A program made the translations under genes and the position numbers. DNA of 64,000 nucleotides from Octopus sinensis (lineage: Eukaryota), in assembly GCF_006345805.1 (NCBI RefSeq), contig NC_042998.1:73346001-73410000 (forward strand). Reading direction: 5' to 3'. The first letter of the stretch is position 1; the number at the start of each line of letters is the position of its first letter. A model generated the notes under the pieces. That model did no database searches. It was given only the letters and a program-made list of their open reading frames with translations, and was not told where the DNA came from. This document shows, piece after piece, positions 56,430-64,000 of this stretch.

Positions 56430-57565
56430 GCAACAATAACTTTTTATGATATATGCACAAGGCCTGATCTCAAGATTTAGCAAAACTTGAAATTATCAAT
56501 TCAGAATGGATGAAGAGCAAAAAAAAAATGGCTTTAGCAAGATTTGAAATCAGAATTCAAAGAGCTCAAACAAATCCCAGAACTTTCTTTGATCTATAGT
56601 GATTTACTTTGAATTGGTGACATGCTACCCTACCCAATTAATTCTTGATAAGGACTAAACAAAGCGAACAACCCGCCAATGCACTCAGTGCTCCACGACA
56701 CAACTACATATGCACCGTTGCGTGAGGCTGGGACTACAAAGGATCAATTTATATAAAATATAAACCACTGGAGATACACGTAAACAATAAAAATTTTAAT
56801 GATTTTGTTGGAGCATTTAGCAGTATTATACAAGCTAAATCAGCGCTCAGCCAATTTCAAAACACAATAACTCATTGAATGTTAAGCGTATGTTCACAAG
56901 CTAAATATTTTTCATTTGTTTGAAATGTTTGACCTTATGCTTTGATGCTATCCGTTATTCAACTGTTAACTATTTTAAAATATTTCCACAATATTTCTGT
57001 CCAAGGCGACAAAGCATTCTAGCTTTGAGTGGATGCAATTATTATTATTGAAGCAGAATTAATAATTTTAATATAGAATTATAAGAGAAATTACATCCAT
57101 TTTCTTTGAAACACGGAGAGCACAGCCATCGTTACTCTGGTGTTAAATTTTGACATTTTAATTGCTTCTTAATAATAATGTATCAAAAGATTTTTCGGGA
57201 TTTCTGAAGATAATTTGATATTGACTGAAATTTAATTTGAAAAATATTCTCAGTCAACCCTATAAAATCCAAAGGAACTGAATCATTGGTTGTAAATAAT
57301 TTCACGAAATAAAATAGCAATTTAGAAAACAAAATATTTAATGGTTCCAGACAGCTGCTTAGATGGAAGAACTGATGTAGATATTTACTGTTATTTGGTT
57401 TTTCTATAGTAAAATCAAGTTTCAAACCGTATTTGTAACTGAAATATGATTTATCATTATTCTTATTAAATTATACGAAATTTTTCGAAAATATATACTG
57501 AATAAACCTCTGTTCATATTAAAATTTAATAAGATGTGATACGAAAAATGTTATCTTTTATCTTC

Positions 57566-57932
57566 CACCTGTTTCAGTTATTAGACTGTGGCCATGCTGG
57601 AGCTCCATCTGGAGGAAATTTTGGTCGAATGATTATACTCCAGTACGTTTTCTTTACTTTCAACCTGGTGCTATTGCCAAAACCGCCTTGTTCCGGGGCC
57701 GTAAACACGACAATACGGACACAAAGAACACACATATCTATACATATATATATGTGTGTGTGTATACGACGGGCTTCATTCAGTTTCCATCTACCAGATA
57801 CACTCACAAGGCTCTGATGATCGGCCCGAGGCAATACTAGAATACATTTGCCCAAGTTGCCACGCAGTGATACTGAACCCGAAACATGTGGTTGGAAAGC
57901 AAAATTCCTACCATACAGTCACGCCTGCACCT
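57566..57932 (-). mobile_element. SINE family A
   Basis: TGTTTCAGTTATTAGACTGTGGCCATGCTGGAGC...GTAAACAC...ATACGACGGGCTTC.TTCAGTTTCC.TCTACC...TTGCCCAAGTTGCCACGCAGTGATACTGAACCCGAAACATGTGGTTGG...CCATACAGTCACGCCTGCACCT. Confidence 0.85.
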
Positions 57933-57961
57933 AGGTTTAACATTTCCTATTTTCCGTGTCT

Positions 57962-59095
57962 AGGTTTTTATTATTTTTTTTTTCTTTCAAATTTGCTTCC
58001 ATTTCAAGCCGAGTGTCTCCCCGACTCCTAGGGCAAAGAAACTCATAGTATACATTGGTAGGCCATTAAACTAAACTCAATAGTTCGTTCATTTTTTTTT
58101 TAAGTTAAATTAAAATACATGGGTAGTAATAGTTCTCACATCGACAATGCTCTTCTCCATACGTGTGATTTACCAGTTAAGACAATCTTTTGCACTTCTT
58201 GCAGGAATGGTAAGCCAGGGATCATTCTCATATAATTTTCGGTTCCCTTCTTGATCATTCCTAGTGCTCCTACAATCACTGGTATTGTAACCGCTTTGAG
58301 ATGCCACATTTTCTCAATTTCAATGAGTAGGTCTTTATATTTTCTGAGCTTGTCAAACTCTTTCGCCGAGATATTATGATCACAGGGGATGCTCATGTCG
58401 ATCAATAAGCAAACTTTATTGTTTTGGTCTTTCACAACAATATCTGGTTTATTGGCTTTGATGGTTCGGTCTGTATGTACTGGAAAGTCCCACAGTCGTT
58501 ACATTTTCTCCTTCATTACAGCTTCAGGGTGGTGATTATACCACTTGCCGGCAGTTTTGATATTGTAATGCCGACTTATTAGCCAGTGTAGATATTGGCC
58601 AACTCTGTCATGTCTTAATTTATACTCCACTGGTGCTAAGACTTTACATCCAGAGATTAGGTGGTCCACTGTTTCAATCATGTCGTTGCAGAATCGGCAT
58701 TTTGGGTCTGCTCCATTTTTCATCACATTGGCCTGGTAGTTCCGGGTTAATAGGCTTTGATCTTGAGCAGCCAGGATGAAACCTTCGCTCTCTGCCTTTA
58801 GCCCTAAGCTCCGTAGTCACTGATGGGTTTGCTTCTGGTCAACATCAGCTTATTTGCTGCGGGCCACATATTTGCCGTGCAAAAGTTTCTCCTCCCACCT
58901 ATCAGCCAATTGCTCATGCGCTTTTTTCGTTGCTATTATTTTCACCTTGTTTGCAACAATAGTCGCCGTACTTCCCTCGAGTTGTTCAGTTTGGGTATCC
59001 TGCACGAGATCAATAGCAAATTATTTGCTTTCCTTTATGATAGAATGAAGCTTCTTTCGTCTCTCTTGATTTTCCACGAGCTTTAGCATTAAGTC
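57962..59095 (-). mobile_element. R4/Dong-type LINE 3' end: CCHC knuckle, RLE and 3' UTR
   Basis: HGKY...GLKAESEGFILAAQDQSLLTRNY...DPKCRFC...ETVDHLISGC..LA..EYKLRHDRVGQYLHW, then WDFPVHTDRTIKANKPDIVVKD...CLLIDMSIPCD.NIS.KE.DKL.KYKDL..EIEKMW...IPVIVGALG...LSM* (stop at 58136). The 3' UTR ends AAAAAAAAATAATAA and the 5' truncation abuts (AAT)n. Confidence 0.93.
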
Positions 59096-59117
59096 ATTCA
59101 TATTATTATTATTATTA

Positions 59118-59194
<77 letters not shown>

Positions 59195-59748
59195 GAGTGA
59201 GAGAGCAGTTCATGCCATCAAAGTGACACTGGGGTAAAATATACGAAGCCCAATATACCCATCATGACTACCCGTCTGATGAAGGCACACCAGGCACATG
59301 CATCACAACCATATGTGCTCGACATGGTGATCTCATATCAAGATAAACAGCACATGACCTTGCAGGTGGGGCCCAGTTAGAATTGTCTTCAGGTTGAGTA
59401 GCCCATCCCGCTCAAACGGTCCCTGAATAAGGGTTGTTTAAGGATGTTGAAAGAACCACCCATGTTTCCAGAGGTGAATTATTCAAACCCCAAAGAATCC
59501 CTCTCAACACATGGCTATGATGCTCCCCCACTACTTCTGCTCGTGATCAGAGATGCACATATCGTCAGCCACTAAGGGACATGCTCAACTGGTTAAGGTC
59601 AAACAACTGACAAGCAAATCTGTGGTATTGAGCAGAATATTTGCTGTAGCCCATCTTTTATACCAAGACAAAACAATGTACATGATAACACTTCCAATCA
59701 TTTAAGATCAGAAGCCATGAGAGCCATTGCCTGGTACTGCATCAGGGC

Positions 59749-59751
<3 letters not shown>
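59195..59751 (-). mobile_element. ~550-bp (AAT)n-tailed non-coding element, copy C (full length)
   Basis: Bounded by (ATT)n on both sides (59097-59194 and 59752-59790); colinear with copies A, B and D. Confidence 0.88.
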
Positions 59752-59790
<39 letters not shown>

Positions 59791-59799
59791 GCTTTATGA

Positions 59800-60010
59800 A
59801 AGGCGACCAGCTAGCAGAATCATTAGCACGCCGGGCAAAACGCATTTAGTCCGTCTTAATATTCTGAGCTGAAATTCTACCGAGGTCCACTTTGCTATTG
59901 GACCTCTCGGGGTCGATAAAATAAGTACGAGTTAAACACCGGGGTCGATGTAATCGACTCATCTTCGAAATTGCTGGCCTTGTGTCAAAGTTTTAAAAAT
60001 TATATTACTG
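59800..60010 (+). mobile_element. SINE family B
   Basis: AGGCGACCAGCTAGCAGAATCATTAGCACGCCGGGCAAAA...GAAATTCTACCGAGGTC.ACTTTGC...TCGGGGTCGATAAAATAAGTAC...GGGGTCGATGTAATCGACT...GAAATTGCTGGCCTTGTG.CAAA. Confidence 0.85.
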
Positions 60011-60139
60011 TTTATGAAATTAGTCTACTGTTATAGTCCCGTGTTTTAATAATTCGTAGAAATAAGGGGCTTTTTACTTGAAGGAAGTTATTTACGATGT
60101 AGTATTGCACAGATTTATACAAATGTTGTTCCCAGTAGT

Positions 60140-60355
60140 ACTGACTTCAAATTTTAGCACAAGGCCAGCAAGTTCGAGGGTGGCTATAAGTCGATTACTT
60201 CGACCCCAGTATTCGACTGGTAGTCTTTTTATCGAACTCGAAAGAATGAAAGTCGACGTCGACGTCGGCAGTATTTGAACTCAGAACGCAAAGAAAGACG
60301 AAATGTTACAAAGCATTTTGCCCAGTATGCTATCGATTCTGCTACCTCACCGCTT
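60140..60355 (-). mobile_element. SINE family B (inverted relative to 59800-60010)
   Basis: TTTTAGCACAAGGCCAGCAA...AAGTCGATTACTTCGACCCCAGT...GTCGGCAGTATTTGAACTCAGAACG...GCATTTTGCCCAG.ATGCTA.CGATTCTGCTA.CTCACCGC. Confidence 0.85.
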
Positions 60356-60869
60356 TGTTGCTCCTAAAATATTCATTTCAGTCGCTAGTTTCTTTGAAGC
60401 TATATTCATGTAGTTAAACTTTTAATTTTCCTCCTTAATACTGAGTATTTGTGTGATTCTAAATTTAGGGTAATGTCTAAAAAAAATATGATAAATTACC
60501 AAACTTTTTATGAGCAGTAATTTTTAGATATGTCAACGACATTTATTTCTAAATCTAATCGATGAGGAATAATATTCCGTTTAAAAAGAAACCAGTTATG
60601 TCCATATAACAACATATACTCTTAGACTTGTTTCAGTTAAAAATTATCACCCTCAATGTCTTCCATAATAGTACCGAATTGCAGTCTGGTAATTGTTTAA
60701 TCGATCACTCTGTTCACGTATGTCTGTATGTACGTATGTATGCGTGTGTGCGTTTGTGAGTGCGTATGTGTGTGTGGGGGGAGACCCCATAAAGAGGAAA
60801 ATAATGTGATTTTTACAATACAAACGCACACAGGCACACATATATTTATGTATATACGTGGGTATGTAT

Positions 60870-60913
60870 GTACATGTATACGCTTACATTATATATATAT
60901 ATATATATATAGA

Positions 60914-60948
<35 letters not shown>

Positions 60949-61019
60949 TATATATATATATATATACACATATATATATATGTATGGATGTATATATTTA
61001 TATATGTTTATGCATTATA

Positions 61020-61080
<61 letters not shown>

Positions 61081-61170
61081 TATATATATATACACATATA
61101 TATATATGTATGAATGTATATATCTATATATGTTTATGCATAAACATATATATATACTTATATATATATG

Positions 61171-61240
<70 letters not shown>
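60870..61240. repeat. (TA)n-rich microsatellite block
   Basis: Read directly from the sequence. Similar (TA)n blocks occur at about 916-1040, 2160-2250, 11310-11430, 11790-11930, 14900-15295, 17090-17220, 39250-39480 and 42080-42220. Confidence 0.95.
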
Positions 61241-61930
61241 AATGAAATTGACCATAAAGAACTGTTTAGTAGAACAGACAACGGCACAAAGAACTTGGCT
61301 TCTGTTCAAATATGGTGGAATATATTATTTATTTATCTGTCAGAAAATTGCCATAAAATAATTATTGTTTACAGTTATGTTAGACATCATTGCCAGTTAC
61401 AGTTCCCTAATAACAACATGCGCTAGTCTATCTCAATCTATAGTCACCTAGTAAAGTGTATCAGCTGTTCTAACTTGATCTCCGTTTATTTAGGAAAACA
61501 TCACATCCTTTGTGAAGGCACAAGGCCAATTTATGTCCAAAGCGGGATTTATCGATTACGCTATCTTTGGACGAAAGATTGTGAAGGAAACTTGGGCAAA
61601 TACTATTCCAGAGTATAGTATACATAGTTTATTTTATTAAATATCCTATTATCGCGATGTTTCTCGTTTCACTGAGACTTATACACACTTACGTGGAGAT
61701 AAATTAATATTTATATCTGTTTGTCTATGCATATTTTATGGAAGCGAATATGTACATGTGATATATTAATATGTACGTATGTATCATATTCGTATATGTG
61801 TTATATGTGCGTGCATATACGAATGGATGCATTAATATAAGCGTCAATCTATATTCCATATTTCCTCTTTTTTTATTATTATTGCTTCTGCAATAACAAC
61901 AACAACAACAACAGTAACACGAACAAAAGC

Positions 61931-62015
<85 letters not shown>

Positions 62016-62283
62016 TTGTTTATTATGCGTAAAATATTTCTATTCCTTAAACTTAAATCCTCTACCGTATTTGAGGACAATGGTTGATCTCTACGACTAG
62101 ATACACGTTAACCATGAATCAAGCTAAAACATTTCCGAAGAAGCTTCATTTAATTCCTTTCCTTAATAGTCTCTCCATTAAACATTAAGCAAACACAGAC
62201 ATATATATAGAAATACGTATGCATTGGTAGCGCAGAAGCATATATATGCATTTGTACATACGCATGTAAGTATGTATATATAT

Positions 62284-62389
<106 letters not shown>

Positions 62390-62557
62390 CATACATACAT
62401 GCATACATATGTGTGTGTGTGTGTATGCGTACACACATATACACAAACACCTACTCATAGCAAAACCATAATGTACTTTATCGAGATTTTCTTGCCACTG
62501 ATGGGCCTATCAATCGTCTTACACACTTAGCATGCTAAATCCTAACCACATATATAT

Positions 62558-62613
<56 letters not shown>

Positions 62614-63495
62614 TATCTGTGTGTGTGTGCGCGCGCACCCGTGTGTATTTATGCATGTGTGTGTGCGTAGGTGTATGAATCCTTGGATGTATTTACATAT
62701 ATATATATATATATATATATGCATTGATATCATCTTCAGATTCTTCACACAAAGCAACCCCAGGTATACACTGTCTGTTTCTGTAACTTCTTTAAACAGA
62801 TTAAAATATCCGATAAATACCCAAAGCTGGGATAATCTATTCCTAAAGATTAACATTCCAGCCTTTAAAATTGACATTTCAATCACATTATTTTACAACA
62901 GGCCAATGGGAAAATCCGATATTACAGCTAAATGTCCATTAAATAACACCTTGCCATATTAAAATTGAAATCACATTAACAAACGCAGTCTCTAATACTA
63001 TATCTACGTTCGCTTGAGGTCAACCCCAGTAGGTATATGTGTGCACTAGACAATGAAATTTTGAGAAGTAAAAACGCAGAGGGGAAAATAGACACAGTTA
63101 TTGTTGTTTAGTTAAGAAAACTGCGTGGTAACCACGTCGTTTCCAGTTTGATCTCACAATATGACCCATTTGTAGATTATCCACTGCAATAGTCCTGCAC
63201 CAGCAATAACTTGCATGTGGACAGAAATTGATCAGAGCCCCTTCGAATATGTATATGCGTGTATATTTTTGTCTGTGTGTGCTCACACGCGTCTTTCTGT
63301 TTGTCTCCACACCGCTTGATAACTGGTGTTGTTTGTTTACGTGCCCGGCAGTTACTAGCATTACAAAAGAACTAGAATAAATACTAAAATCTAAAAGTGT
63401 AAATGTTGCGATCGCTTCTTATTTCCTAAGGCTGAACTCTCCAAGTTTGTGCCCCAGCATTACCGCATTCCAACGAAAGATAAAAGTAAGAGATG

Positions 63496-63534
<39 letters not shown>

Positions 63535-64000
63535 TTTCACTTAACACGCGATTATGTTCAAGCTTTAAATTTCATATATCCAATTTTTCATGTTTTCGTA
63601 TCAGTTTTTATTTTATATTTTTCAGTTTGTTACAATAAAATTCCAAAATCCCGTGTATGTCTAGAAACGTTGAACGCCAGTATAGATAGCTAATTGTTTT
63701 GAACGAACTGTAAGATACTAAAGCTGTGATAAGGAAAAGAAAAACTAGAACGTCACCCTGTCTTTAACAGAACACTGTATATACGCATATGCGAATATAT
63801 ATACATATGTGTGTATGTGTTTGTATGTGTTTCTGTTTGTACGTGCGTGTGTTTGTGTGCACATGTTTGTGTGTGCGTATATATATATGTGTGTGTATAT
63901 GTATGTTTGTATATATATATATGTGTGTTTGTGCGTATATATATGTGTGCATATATGTATGTGTGTGTGAGCGTGTGTACATGTGTGCATGTGTATATAT

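Noticed and set aside
59275-59300. CTGATGAAGG inside 550-bp element copy C
   Set aside because: There is no downstream GAAAC, and copy D reads CTGATAAGGG at this position, so it is a chance substitution.
61494-61617. Plus-strand open segment ENITSFVKAQGQFMSKAGFIDYAIFGRKIVKETWANTIPE, superficially like the PDE motif GFIDY...ETWA
   Set aside because: The spacing does not fit the PDE helix, the donors are weak and a second frame is equally open; unsupported without BLAST or RNA-seq.

Overview
This is AT-rich eukaryotic, repeat-dominated DNA, with long (TA)n, (TATG)n, (GATA)n and (AAT)n microsatellites. I found no intact protein-coding gene, no rRNA or true tRNA gene, and no CRISPR array. The repeat content resembles coleoid cephalopod (Octopus-like) intronic or intergenic DNA; this is an inference, not a database result. 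It includes several tRNA-derived SINE families, R4/Dong-type RLE LINE fragments next to (TAA)n, RTE- and CR1-type LINE ends, Penelope-like elements (PLEs) and decayed Tc1/mariner transposons. Almost every ORF in the supplied track is translated microsatellite. The exceptions are transposon remnants: a Penelope RT plus GIY-YIG at 9.8-11.3 kb, a GIY-YIG at 18.0-18.35 kb, mariner-like transposases at 5.7-6.2 kb and 42.4-43.4 kb, and R4/Dong RT and RLE pieces at 9.1, 43.6-44.3, 47.6-49.9, 52.8-53.9 and 58.1-59.1 kb. The most notable signals are: (1) minimal type I hammerhead-ribozyme-like motifs in at least five unrelated short repeats, with all near-complete copies on the minus strand; (2) a ~275-bp near-perfect fold-back built from one of these repeats; (3) a ~550-bp non-coding element present four times, always bounded by (AAT)n and twice directly upstream of 5'-truncated Dong LINEs; (4) a SINE and a CR1-type LINE sharing a 3' tail with a covarying hairpin. 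A few low-confidence exon candidates are also listed. Repeat boundaries are read by eye and are approximate (about +/-20 bp) unless motifs are quoted.
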